Positions 14,947 to 45,577 of a DNA stretch of 64,000 bases are shown here, piece by piece (the first letter of the stretch is position 1; every line of letters begins with the position of its first letter). Where the stretch lies: positions 16,678,001-16,742,000 of the forward strand of contig CM022677.1 of the NCBI GenBank assembly GCA_012295275.1, in the 5' to 3' direction. Below the pieces are notes generated by a model. That model had not been told where the DNA came from and ran no database searches. It saw only the letters and a program-made list of their open reading frames with translations. The translations under genes and the position numbers were made by a program. The DNA comes from Chrysomallon squamiferum. Lineage: Eukaryota > Animalia > Mollusca.

Positions 14947-16491
14947 TTATTCTTCTCGGTTTGTGGAGCATGGTCGCTTGAATTCTTGTCCCTTTTCTCG
15001 AATCCAGTAAGTTGACACCCATTTAGAGCCAATCAGAACGGGACAAGCTGCATGAAATGTCATGTCATTAGGTGAACCATTCCGATATGTATTATACCAA
15101 AAGACTGCTGAACCTTTTTTAGGTAATATTCTTACACCAAGATAAGTAAACACTGTTGCACCTCCTTCTACATCGCTCAAATAGTTTAACCACGTGGCAA
15201 TTCTGTTTCCATCAGCCGCAACACTAGAAGTCTTGATGTCGATATAATCAGAATGATGGCGATAGTATCCACCTATTCCATAGTTTGCAACCTGCAGTGC
15301 TTCAGAATCTCTCATAGACAGACCTGTAATTGCTTCAATTCTAATTTGAAGTTTCCAATCTGCTTTTGTAGCAGTCATATCGAGGAACGTATGTTTGGCA
15401 ATTCTGTAATCGGAATGGATAGTTTTACCAGTCCGATGGATTCTAGATCGTTCTAAACGGTCCATAGAAACTGAAATAATTTCTTTTATTTCCCCATCGC
15501 TAATAAAATCATGATAAAACACAACTTTTGGTGACATGTGAAGAACCTCTTCTTTAACAGGCTGAAGAATTAGACGAGGATGTTTGTTGTTACTATGGTA
15601 ACGACAGCGTAAACGATGGCTATGTTCTACTCGAATCACATTTTCACCACGGCACAGAGCACTACAAGCTATATCTGTCTTTCTGCGTTCTTTCGCCTTG
15701 CTACTCACAGTTTTCTTTAACTTGCCACGTCTTAGAATATTTAAATACTTTTCTTTTCTTTTCAGAGCACGCTGTAGACCAGGATCTAACATTAACTGTT
15801 CATTTGTGAGACTCAATGCCTGTTCTATCTGTCCAGCTAATTCTCTACCGTGTATTGCATAGTCAAGAAGTTCTATCCGAGACACGTTCTGAATTGTTTC
15901 CGTTCTTTGTTTGTCGAGACTTATCTCCATCCAAATATATACGTAGCGGTATTTTTTCAATTCGTACGCAAGGCGACCTAATTCATAACAGTCTTCTGCA
16001 GACAACGTATGTACATATAGTTCATTTATGTAACCCTCTGCCAACCTCGTAGCGTTTAATTTGTATGTATCTTGAACACGGAACAGACCTGCAGCTACAC
16101 CTTTTAAATCTTCATAAGTAGGAAGACTTTTACAGATTTCATTTATTTCTGCAACATCTTTCTCGTGTTCAACAATTTCTGTTACCATAGCCGCTACATC
16201 TCGTTCCCAGTCCAAAGCGAAACGTTTAATGAATAAAAATGCACCTATAGGATTCGCTATATAGCGTAATGGATCATTGATTATTGTCGAACAATGCTTC
16301 TCCATGCTATCTGAAAGTTCTGCTAATTTTCTTATGTTTTTTCTATCTTTGTTTGCCTGTGCGTAGTTTCTTAATGTTACAGCCAAATCGTTAGCTGCGT
16401 GTACAGAACTGTACAGATGTGATACGGATGTGAACAGTTCTGAATTTACAAGCGATATTAAAAAGAATAAAAGATGATATTGTTGATACAT
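14947..16491 (-). CDS. P4HA: Intronless prolyl 4-hydroxylase alpha-like copy D, intact (514 aa)
   Basis: Single ORF with signal peptide, P4Ha_N, TPR-like region, ALCRG/LRCRY, HSD, FHAACP, GSKW and GQEFKRPC. Confidence 0.95.
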   Translation of the reverse strand: MYQQYHLLFFLISLVNSELFTSVSHLYSSVHAANDLAVTLRNYAQANKDRKNIRKLAELSDSMEKHCSTIINDPLRYIANPIGAFLFIKRFALDWERDVAAMVTEIVEHEKDVAEINEICKSLPTYEDLKGVAAGLFRVQDTYKLNATRLAEGYINELYVHTLSAEDCYELGRLAYELKKYRYVYIWMEISLDKQRTETIQNVSRIELLDYAIHGRELAGQIEQALSLTNEQLMLDPGLQRALKRKEKYLNILRRGKLKKTVSSKAKERRKTDIACSALCRGENVIRVEHSHRLRCRYHSNNKHPRLILQPVKEEVLHMSPKVVFYHDFISDGEIKEIISVSMDRLERSRIHRTGKTIHSDYRIAKHTFLDMTATKADWKLQIRIEAITGLSMRDSEALQVANYGIGGYYRHHSDYIDIKTSSVAADGNRIATWLNYLSDVEGGATVFTYLGVRILPKKGSAVFWYNTYRNGSPNDMTFHAACPVLIGSKWVSTYWIREKGQEFKRPCSTNREE

Positions 16492-17892
16492 AATTCTTAC
16501 TTATCGAATTATCTATCGATATTAAATGTCTTCTTGATGCTTCCCTTTGGAAATATAAATACAGTCGGCTTTACTCGGAACTGCTAATATTACACTTCTG
16601 AATCTCTTCATAGAAAGCGAATACTACAGAAACTCCTGGTGTATATTTATTACAATGTGATATCTAATACTCTGTACTCGTAGCGATATTTTATCGAGAA
16701 TTAAAAAAATATAACAGCCCTGAAAATTGCATACGTCAGTAAGAAATAATATATAGGAAACCCGAAGGGAAAAAAAAAAAATTAATAATAAAGAAATAAA
16801 ATCCTTTCAACAACTGATTAAAATTATAGCTCAAAAATCTGTCAATTAGTTGCCTATATTATTGTGTCTGTGTGCGCTTGTGTGTTTGCTTCTAAGCCCG
16901 TGTATGTGTGTGTGTGTGTGTGTATATATATATCGCTGGTCTCATATTTCACATCAATGAATTAACATATCCATGATTCAGTGCGCTGCTTAGATATCTC
17001 CTGAAATGGCGCAATTGCGTTAACGTAACGCAACATCTATATCAAAATTATCCATGATTACATAAATAAATATATGAACTTAGATAAAAACTTGAACTTA
17101 GAAAAAAATAAATATTAAAATCTGTTTATGTATATAGAGACTTATGATAGCCTGCAATGTTTTCGTGATTCCTACTGCAACATTTATAAAAATATCATTT
17201 TTGTTTTAAAAATCTTTTTTGATATCTTTCGTCATGCAGATCTTCTTCAAAGTGTGATAATAATACTAATAATACTAATAATACTACTACTAATAATAAT
17301 AGTAATTATAATTACAACGACAATAATGATAATAATAATATTAATAATAGTAATAATGATAATAAGAATAATAATTATAATTGTAATAATCATAATAATA
17401 ACAATAACAATAATAATAAATACCTGAAAATGTTTTCTTAGAAGGATCATAAGTCAGTGTTTGTGTTTTAGAAATCTATGATGTAAACCACAAGATTTAG
17501 TAACGTTCTTACATTATCATTATAATTATATAGCCTCGTTATCAGTATTGGAAATATTAATATGATCAAACAAATAGCTGTGTAAACCCACAGGCAGAAA
17601 TAGAATCTACCCGACCCACAAAAATTAGTAAGATGATGTTGATAATAATAATAATAATCAAATAAATTACAATAACATGTTTAATACAAGTAATTCAAAT
17701 CGGATAACAAACACTGTAAACTTTCTCAGGTAATTAATAAGGTGATTAGATGTAGCTACAAGTTAAGTTATTCAACAATGATTAATACATTCTGAAATGA
17801 ACTATTATAAAAGATGTTTATTTAAACCAGGCATGTAGAGCTATTTTAAGTTTTTATTATTATCGTGACTTTTTATATATAAATATAAGTGT

Positions 17893-17931
<39 letters not shown>

Positions 17932-18505
17932 ATTATACACACACATTTACACACATTATACTTTTATAGCAACTTGCATATTATTAGTCTCGGAATGTGT
18001 TAACTTTATGTCATGCGTAATTAAAATACATTTATAAAAAAAATAAAAATAAAAAATAAAATAAAAAGGCACGTGGATCTTTACGGTATTTGCCACGACA
18101 ATGGTTATAATATAAATTCGGAAAATAAAAAAAAAATAAAATAAAAAAAAATGTCCGTGAATAAATTGTTTACAGTTGTGTTTGTTATATGTGTCGCATT
18201 TGCTGCTGAACTATTTCCGGGATCGGCGTAGATCGTATAATAAGCATTTAAAAAAAAAAAAAAAAAAAAAAATAATAATAATAATGCATGAAGTTGATAA
18301 AACATTACCAATAAAAAAAAAAAGCGAAAATCTGATTTCCACCGTCATTCTAAATAATATGTCGAACAACCTGGATCACGCTATGCTTTAGATAATAATG
18401 TTAAAAAAAATATAAAAACAACTACAAAAAAAAAATAATAAAAAATAAATGTTTATGAATATTCATTAGCACCTTTAGTTCGTTGCGCTGGGCGTTTTGC
18501 AATTG

Positions 18506-18543
18506 TCATTACGTCATTGACTGAATTAGAAATGACGTAATGA
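18506..18543. promoter_or_regulatory. Inverted pair of bZIP (CRE/ATF-like, ATGACGTAAT) sites upstream of the neprilysin gene
   Basis: TCATTACGTCATT (18506-18518) and AATGACGTAATGA (18531-18543) are exact reverse complements with a 12-bp spacer. A candidate 5'UTR splice donor (gtgagt) lies at ~18687. Function is inferred only. Confidence 0.4.
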
Positions 18544-18866
18544 GTAAACCGCGATGAGATCGTTGATCGAAATAAAAAATAGTAACACTGATTACGTTGA
18601 TGAATATAATAAAGATTAAATAAAAAACTGACAAACTTTATAATAATTAATTGTTTACAAATTTTCCTCCAGTTTGGTCTAGAAATGTGAGTATCGTCAG
18701 ATTTCTTATTTAAGGCATTTCTTGTTGTTTTTGTGGGGGGTTTTGTGGGAGTGATTTTTTTGAGGAGGGGTTCTCCTGTTATTAATTAATTAATTAATTT
18801 ATTTATTTATTTAGTATTTTAAATACATATCGTTTTCTTTTTCTTAAGATATTTTCATTTTGATTT

Positions 18867-18911
<45 letters not shown>

Positions 18912-19059
18912 TTCGTTAGCTGGCTTGTTTCCTTGGTTTGTTTAATATTTTTGAGAAAAATGTCGATACATTTGGTTTCATGATTTCACATGATATTTTG
19001 TTTATTTATATATATATACGTACATACATTTTATTTTGTTTATTTACTTATTTTGCTGT

Positions 19060-19090
<31 letters not shown>

Positions 19091-19148
19091 TTTATTTATT
19101 TATTATTATTTTTTTTTTAAATGTATTTTTTAGTTCTAAACAGCTTCA

Positions 19149-37205
<18,057 letters not shown>

Positions 37206-37380
37206 AACGTTACTGGTGTGAAATTATTAATGTGTCACAGTATGAATGAAACATGTCTCCACAATTATGAAACAAACAATGGTGTGTCTTATGTGTTGTA
37301 TGTTTCTGTGATATTTCTATAACTTTTACTGTTTTTTTGAAACACATATTTACTGTTTTTGAAAATCCTGTGGCAGCACA

Positions 37381-37386
37381 AATAAA
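37381..37386 (+). terminator. Candidate polyadenylation signal (AATAAA) of the neprilysin gene
   Basis: First AATAAA, ~175 nt after the stop codon. Weak evidence in such AT-rich DNA. Confidence 0.35.
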
Positions 37387-37489
37387 CATTTTAAAAAAGA
37401 TTCTTCATACCTACAACTTATTATTTAGTTCTGTTTGACTGACCAATGGTTATTAATGCAAAATAATGATAACACTACTGATTTAATTA

Positions 37490-38225
37490 AATACTGACAC
37501 ATGAACCTATATAATGAAAAATGAAACAGAAACCCCTGTCCTAAATAATGAAAAAAAAATCAATCTGTGTCTTTATTAAGAAAACATGAACCTGTCATTT
37601 GAATAAAGAAACACAGACATGTATCATGAATAATGAAAAATGGTTCTGGATCCCAAATAACAAAACATTAATCTATGCCTTAAACAGGGAAACATGAACA
37701 TGTAATGAATAGTGAAACTGGAACCTAAATCTTGAATAATGGAATTTTAATATGAGGTAGATAATTTCACCTGAATGTACATCTTGAATAATAAAACAGA
37801 ATGCTATGGCTTAGAAAAGAAAACAGTAACATAATATCTTTAATATGTAAAATAAAATCATTTTTAATAATTAAACATAAACATATGTCTTGAAAAATGA
37901 AAAAAATCAATCTACATCTAGAATATGAAACAGAAACCTATGATTTGAAACATGAAACAAAGACATACATCTTGAATAACTGAAATCTATGTTGTGATTA
38001 ACAACACTTGAAACCTAAGTCTTGAATAATGAAGTATTAATCTGTCCGAAATACTGAAAACTGAACATGTCTGGTAAAATGAAAAGGAAACTTATGCCTT
38101 AAAAAAGCAAACAAGAACCTCTATTTTGACTAATCAAAAATGAACTTATATCTAGAAAAGTGAAACAAAAACCTACTTCTTGAATAATGAAACATTAATC
38201 TGTGTGAATAATGAAACATTAAACT
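37490..38225. repeat. Degenerate ~29-bp minisatellite downstream of neprilysin
   Basis: gaataatgaaacatgaacctatatctt-like units recur. Confidence 0.7.
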
Positions 38226-38442
38226 ATATTAATAATTAGGAATATCAATGAACAAATGTCTTCTATATTTTCATGACTAGGAAGACTATCCAATTTCGTA
38301 TATTTTTCGTAGATTTCTTTCAGTTACAAAGCCCAGTCAGTATGCTTACAGACACTATACAGTGATTGCAATTCAACAAGGAATAATGCACTAATGGGAA
38401 TCGCTGTATACCACTGTGGTGTTAGTTATGCATTTCCATATT

Positions 38443-38604
38443 ATACTTTTAATTTTATCAATTTGGTACGGTTGTTACTTCGGTAATTTCGTATATTTAT
38501 TGTTTGTAATTCTCTTTGCCCATTACATAGGTAATTACGTACGGCTAGTACCTGCATACATTCCTACTATGTCTATAAACTGCGTAATTTTGTGCCTTTT
38601 TTTA

Positions 38605-38649
<45 letters not shown>

Positions 38650-38897
38650 GTTTCAAAGTGGTGTTTGATTTACACTAATATACTTTTAATTTTATCAATT
38701 TGGTACGGTTGTTACTTCGGTAATTTCGTATATTTATTGTTTGTAATTCTCTTTGCCCATTACATAGGTAATTACGTACGGCTAGTACCTGCATACATTC
38801 CTACTATGTCTATAAACTGCGTAATTTTGTGCCTTTTTTTATTTTATTATTATTATTATTATTATTATGTTTCAAAGTGGTGTTTGATTTACACTAA
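38443..38897. repeat. Near-perfect ~237-bp tandem duplication
   Basis: atacttttaattttatcaatttggtacgg...tacactaata occurs twice; the visible difference is (ATT)n length. Confidence 0.92.
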
Positions 38898-38939
38898 TAA
38901 AATGTATGGATGGTTCTTAATATTAGCATTTTAGAGGCA

Positions 38940-39320
38940 GACGCAGTTTGTGCCGGTACGAGTTATCTTTCTTGTTGATCCATGTTAGATATACAAACGA
39001 AAATAGTTTTAAAATAATTCTTCTCATAATAATAAATGAAAATAAATAAAAATAAAAATAACCCCCCAAAAACCCTCACATATTGTGTAATGTTACTTAC
39101 CAGACATGAATGAAAATATTCATGGCATAGTTATCGTCTGCTTTTCGTTACATCTTATTTTAAAAACAGGACGGTATAAAGTAAAATGCGGATACAAATG
39201 GCGTCTAAAATACGGACGTATCTATATATGACTAACAAGTGAAGCAGTTTAATTACAGAGCAGCAAACTTCTAACGGGGAAGGTTTTTGTTCATTATTTC
39301 TTTATTTATTATTATATTAT
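38940..39320 (+). repeat. Interspersed repeat with a diverged direct copy at ~62850-63240
   Basis: Both copies share acgca.tttgtgccg.tacgagttatc, ttttaaaataattcttctcataata, ttacttaccagacat and tacggacgtat. Confidence 0.8.
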
Positions 39321-39396
39321 ATTGTTTTGTTTTTCATATACATATTTTTAAAGTTAATCTTTACTTATTTATTTAATGATAATAATTTCTGCAAAT

Positions 39397-39435
<39 letters not shown>

Positions 39436-39879
39436 CTGTTTACCTGACCAAATGGAAAATCTGTGTTGAGGTACATGCCTCTATACCACATAAAAAAACT
39501 ACTTAAAAAATGTCATCGCATAATATAAAATGTAAAGACCAGTTTAATTTGACTGCGATAACCTCTTTATTCTGACTTCCGGGAGTGAAAAAAAAAAATA
39601 AAAAATAAAAAAAATAAAATAAATAAAAATAATGATAATAATAATGAGTCTATGTTACGTAAAATAAAATAATGTCAACAGCGAAGGAATCAGTGTATCA
39701 TACTTTGGAGAAAATACCACATAAGAAAGAAAAGTTGAAAGAAAAAAGATATTTCTTAAGAATATGCTGTAGGAATAAGGAAAACATTGCATTTACTCAC
39801 AGGTCTCTAGATGCATATACAGATTTGAACATTTCTTTTTATTTTGCAAATGTATGAAGTAATTGTTTGTATCATTTTA

Positions 39880-40506
39880 TTGCAATAAATATTCGTTCTG
39901 GTTTTGTAGTAGTAGTAGTAGTAGTAATAATAATTGTAATATTGGTAAGTAATTGTAATTCATCGTATTGAATAGCTGTTGGAGAAAATCGCAAATTGAA
40001 CATTCTGTAAATACATGAAAAAATTGTCAGTATATTGTTCGTTTTAGTTTACTCCACTGAGTTTGAAGCTGGCTATGAACTGTCGTGGTAGGTTTTCTGG
40101 CTATGTTTCTATTTTCTTCTGCAAAACTGATGATGTGTTCAAGATCTGAGGGATAATATTTAACTAACAATCAAATTCGAACGGAATTAGGCCATCATTT
40201 TTATAGATAAAAATACCTGTATTTTTTTTTTTTTTTTTTCTTTCTGCTAAGGACTAGAGTTAATATTAATGGATTAAAGTTCCTGAGGTGAAAAAAACAA
40301 AACAAAATGTAAACACATTGTTTGGGGAATAGCAAGTTTAGAATAGTTTGCTAAAGACATGATTGAATAAGACCTATGTATCCTGTGAAAAATAAATTGG
40401 TAAGAATATGTCCTTAAAAAGAATAAGAGAAATATTTAAGCGACCTCATTCCTCTACATTTAAAGCATTACGAATATTTTAAATATGTTATTATTATTAT
40501 TATTAT

Positions 40507-40565
<59 letters not shown>

Positions 40566-41938
40566 TAGTCATTTATTTTATTTATTTATATATTATTTTT
40601 TTTTTTCAAACAGTTCAAACAGTCATGTATGTAATCGTGGAAGATTTCAAAAACACTGGTAAAAAGAGGCTGGTCTAACTAAAGTGTTCTAGAATATTTT
40701 AAAGCAATGAACATCTGGGACTGACATTGATGATTTTTAATTATTGGATTTAAAACACAAATGGGGGGACATTATTAATTCATATGTCAGCGGAATATCG
40801 TGAATTTTACAGAATATTATCAGTATATTTTCATATCGAGAAACGTTGGGAGAGCTCTCTCTGTGTGTGTGTGTGTGTGTGTGGTGTGAGTGTATATGTG
40901 TGGTGTGTGTGTGCGTGTAGATACAAACATACGTACATACATACATAGATTTGTACAAACATGACGTAAATTTCATTTCGAATTCCTTAATAGTATTCTT
41001 TTCATTTGTATTAACGATGGAGTCATATATTTAGCTTTTCGTTTAAACTCCTCTTCACAGGCTATCATCCTTTGACAAAGAGCGAAAAAGTACTAGCAAT
41101 AATTTGAAAGGTACAAATTCAAACATCATAAGGATATTACGTGCAATAGTAATAGTAATAATAGTAGTAGTAGCAGGACTAATAGTAGGAGTAGTAGTAG
41201 TAGCAGGAGTAATAGTAGGAGTAGTAGTTCTAGTAGTAATTGTAATAATGCAATAGTAATTTTAGAGATAATCTATTTTCTTTCGAAAAATCGATAATGT
41301 GGTCTAGGTGTCACTTGAAAATGCATTGTTAACATGCAAACCTGCAAGGAATTAAACCACCTTTTTCTCAAGAAAAAAATCTTGTTTTTATTTATTTTTA
41401 AATTAATTTTAAATTATTTATTTTTTATTTCGATACAAGTGAACTGATTTTGGTTAATGAACTTGCTAGTAACGTTGTTGGAAACTGAATCTGATATAAT
41501 TATAGATAGTTGTAGAAACTGATTATATTGTTTTATGTGATAATAACTACAACAATAAAGACAACAACAACAACAACAACAATGATAATACTACTAATAA
41601 TAATAATAATTAGCGATATCGTTGTTATTAATGCACTCACTTTTCAGAAATCAATTATTAGTCTGTTCTCCCTTGATTTTAAATAACTGTTTAGAGACAT
41701 AAGAATTGCTCTAATTTGAGTTTAGGTATATATAAAATAAAAGAATAAAAGAAAAATGAAAGAAAAAATAAATAAGAAACCCAGACAAACAAACAATCGA
41801 GTTATGTTAATACAGATATGTCTTTAAAACTAGTTTTAAAAGTAGTAATATTCCACATTAGGTTGAACTGGTGGAGATATTAAAAATAAAAAGAAGAAAA
41901 ATGTATAAATTATTTCACTTGTCAAATAATCAAATGAG

Positions 41939-41978
<40 letters not shown>

Positions 41979-42133
41979 CGAGCTATTAATTTTTTTACTG
42001 TCATATTCAGCATGTTACTTCATGCTGACATAACAAATTTGTGAATATACATTTCATCGTCTTTAATATACTGGTGCGCACAAAATACTGCAAAGTATAT
42101 GAAGAATAATAAATGTATATTAGATGGATTAAT

Positions 42134-42174
<41 letters not shown>

Positions 42175-42754
42175 CAAACTAAAACAAAATAGAGAGGGAG
42201 GGAAGAGGGAATAGAGGTGTTTTTTGTTTTGCTTTTAAATACTTTTTTCACAGCTGCCAATGTTTAAGTCCGCACATAGGTGTATAGAAAGAACACTAAC
42301 ATTCACATAGATACATACATACATACGTACGCACATACATTCACAGAAAGTTAAAAATAATTAGCAACAGTAAAATCAATAAAATAATCGTTTATAGAAA
42401 TTTGCATGTTTTCCCTTAATATAAAACAATTATTTCTTTCTAGAATGGCATGCAGTGAAAATTACATATTTCACTTACTCCGCTGGTCTTTCCAATTCTT
42501 CCCTCCTGGTTTATATGTGTGCGTGTATGTGGGTGGTGGGTGTGCGTGTGTGGATGTGCGTGTCATTACATACACACACAGCAAATACGCCGAGGCATGT
42601 CTGTACATAAATATCTAGCAAAACTATCAACACAACTATGTATAATGATCAGTACATCTATAAACAAGAAATCTCCTTCAAGAATGTGTCCAGTGAAAGT
42701 TGCACACATTTCACTTACTTTTATAGACTGAGGAGTATGATTACTTGCCACGTG

Positions 42755-42807
<53 letters not shown>

Positions 42808-43320
42808 ACAGCAAATACGCACAAGCATGTCTGTACATATTCTTGTGTTTAAACTGGCTTTGGATTAAAAGGTATAAGCAAACACATTCATTGGTCACAC
42901 CGTTTTCTTCTCCAAGTAAGCATGAGTAAAATGGGCGTACGCAGAAACATAATATATTGAAAGACAATATTCATTCAATTAAATTTGCATTTTTTATTTA
43001 TGCGAAGAAAAAATACTAATAAATTAAACAAGAAAGAAAGAAAGAAAGAAAAAAAAACAAGACAATAAAACTAAAAGAAATATACAAAATCAAGAAGAAA
43101 TACCTTTATCTGTAGATTTTTAAAAAATTACAAAAATACCTAGCAAACGTATCTTAACAAATATTTCTAAATAAGAAATCGCTTTCCAGAATCTGAATAA
43201 AGTGAAACTTATGTACTATTTTCCTTATTCGTCTGGATTTGTAGAATATGGTCTCTTGAAGAGCTGCCCTTTTTCTCGAATCCAGTAAGTTCCCACGCAT
43301 TTAGAGCCAATAAGAACAGG
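39880..43320. repeat. Older inverted duplication arm (partner ~12330-14830)
   Basis: Collinear reverse-complement blocks: 12440-13030 vs 42590-43210, 13240-13390 vs 41280-41460, 13700-14070 vs 40620-41070 and 14500-14830 vs 39890-40280. Visibly more diverged than the outer pair. Confidence 0.8.
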
Positions 43321-44419
43321 ACAGACTCCATGAAATGTCATTCTGTTAGGTGAACCATTCCGATATAAGTTAAGCCAAAAACCTGCTGCACCCTTTTTAG
43401 ATAATATTCTTACACCAAGATCAGGAAACACAGTTGCACCTCCTTCTGCGTCGCTCGTGTAGTTTATCCAGGTGGCGATTCTTTTTCCATAGTTCAACAT
43501 TTCGGAATTGATATCGTTAAAATAATCAGCATGTGAGTTGAAGTATCCACCTACTCCATAGTTTGACACCTCCAGTACCTCAGACTCTTCCATTCTGATA
43601 TCTGTGATTGCTTCGATTCTGTTTTGAATTTTCAAATCGGAATCTGTGTCGGACATTGCTAGGTATGTATTTTGGGTAATTCTAATCTTAGACTTGATTC
43701 CTTCAACAGACGGACTGATTGTAGATGCTTCTAAACGTGGCAAAGAAACTGATTTAAATTCTTCGATTTCGATATGACTGATGAAATCATGATATTGGAC
43801 AATTTTCGGTGATATATGAAGAAGCTCCTCTTTAGCAGGCTGAAGAACAAGGAGTGGATGATTTTTGTTGGTATAAAACCGACATGTTAAACGATCTCTA
43901 TGTCGTACTTCACCACGACAGAGATTCTTATAAGATTGAAACCTCGGATTTACCATCTTCATTTATATCATTCATGTATATAACCTTCTGCCAATCTTGT
44001 AGCGTTTAGTCTGTATGTATCTTTGATACAAAACATAGCTGTAGCCACCCCTTCTAAATCTTCGTAAGTCGGGAGATATTCACGAATTTCCTTTAGTTTC
44101 AGTAGATCTTTTTCAGGAACACCGGTTTCCGCAAGAATAGGTTCTACATCTCGTTCCCAGTCCAAAGTGAATTGCTTAATAAATAAAAATGCACCAATAG
44201 GATTAGCGATGTAACGATAAGGATCCTTCAGTGTTTTTAAGCAATGCTGTTCAATTTTGTCCAGTTTCGTTCCTCCTTTATATAACGTGTGTAATTTCTC
44301 AATGCTATTGCCAAATCTCGTCCTGCTTGTACTGAGCTGTACAGATGTGATACTGACATAAACATTTGTGAATTCGCAACTGGTAACATTAAAACTAAAA
44401 CAATGTGTTGCTGATACAT
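43225..44419 (-). pseudogene. P4HA: P4HA-like copy E: pseudogene with an internal deletion
   Basis: Starts MYQQHIVL, with a frameshift near 44283 and a TGA at 43968-43970. The TPR-like middle region is then deleted (GYIHE joined to the region before NLCRGE). The catalytic part is still open (HAD, FHGVCP, GSKC) but the terminal Cys is lost (RPYS). Confidence 0.92.
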
Positions 44420-44460
44420 ATTTGTTTCAACTCGAAATTATCCTACAAGTGACATGAACA

Positions 44461-44518
<58 letters not shown>

Positions 44519-44859
44519 AAAGCAGTACATTTTATACATTATATTATCAGTTTAATATGTCAGAATAGAGTAACATATTGAATATGCGAGAGAGAAAAAC
44601 AAAATCTGCTGATTAAAATGTAAATTATTGAAATCATTTAATTGTTGCGTAATTTATTTTTTTCACATTGACGCATGTCATATGTACACAAACAATTGTT
44701 CTGAATATTCATACGCAAAGAAAAAGAGAGAGAAACTTACACATTAAGCAAATCATCTCAAACACAGACACACATCATCCCAAACACACATTCAAAATCC
44801 AGTCACATAAAGCAACATGTAGAAATAAACAAATGTACGCAAGAATTAAATGACTTCTC

Positions 44860-44978
44860 TATTTCACATTTCAGTCAGCTGCTTTTCATAGTTTTCTCTA
44901 ACATATTCACTGTTATTCTATTCTGGCATATGAAACTGTTAATATAATTTTCATGTTTAAAATATACTGCTTTTTACG

Positions 44979-45021
<43 letters not shown>

Positions 45022-45114
45022 ACAGCAGTTTTTGTGTGTTTGTGTGTGTGTTTTTTCAACCAATTACCTAGCTGTACATATCACTTGTAGGATACTTTCG
45101 AGGAGGAGCAAATA
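44860..45114 (+). pseudogene. P4HA upstream region plus 5' stub, head-to-head with copy E
   Basis: Homologous to 10470-10775 (upstream and start of copy C) and to the reverse complement of 44420-44625. Ends at gaggagcaaaTA, where the transposon begins. Confidence 0.75.
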
Positions 45115-45577
45115 CAGTCGTATCTTGACTTAAGAGTTTAATTAGTTCCGTGGCCTGTCTCGTAACTCAGTTTGCTCGTGTATCAAATCAGTTTTCACAA
45201 CAGAAATTTACTGAAATGCCATTAATCCGTTCCAGCCCCTGATTTATTATAAATAAGAAAAACGTATTTATAAATTACAAATATTGTATAAAAACAAAAT
45301 AAAAGAGAATGTAAAGAAATAAATCGGTTTTGTAAAGAGTATTTATCTTGGAGATCAGACAAATTATTTTAACGCCTTTGGCTGGAATTATAGTCTTTAT
45401 CGACTCCTTCTGCTTCAGTATCATTGTGGTGCATATATTAGAAGTAGTACGTTTATATTGCCTAGCCAAGTCGACTATATGCTCATGTTTTTCTATGATT
45501 TCATGCTTTAATTCAATTTACATCATCCGTTTATTCTTCTTAACATTGTCCTTTGCACTCACTTTCAAAGGTCCCAT
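45115..45577 (-). mobile_element. pogo/Tigger-like (Tc1/mariner superfamily) DNA transposon remnant
   Basis: A TA dinucleotide is followed by the TIR-like CAGTCGTATCTTGACTTAAGAG at 45115. The minus strand from 45577 reads MGPLKVSAKDNVKKNKRMM*IELKHEIIEKHEHIVDLARQYKRTTSNICTTMILKQKESIK, resembling the CENP-B-type N-terminal HTH of Tigger transposases. The second TIR was not found. Confidence 0.8.

Noticed and set aside
15253-16052. Recurrent antisense ORFs such as MPVLSVQLILYRV in several places
   Set aside because: They are reverse-strand shadows of the duplicated P4HA coding sequence.
38416-38934. 172-aa hydrophobic ORF with an internal repeat
   Set aside because: It is produced by the ~237-bp tandem duplication of AT-rich non-coding DNA.
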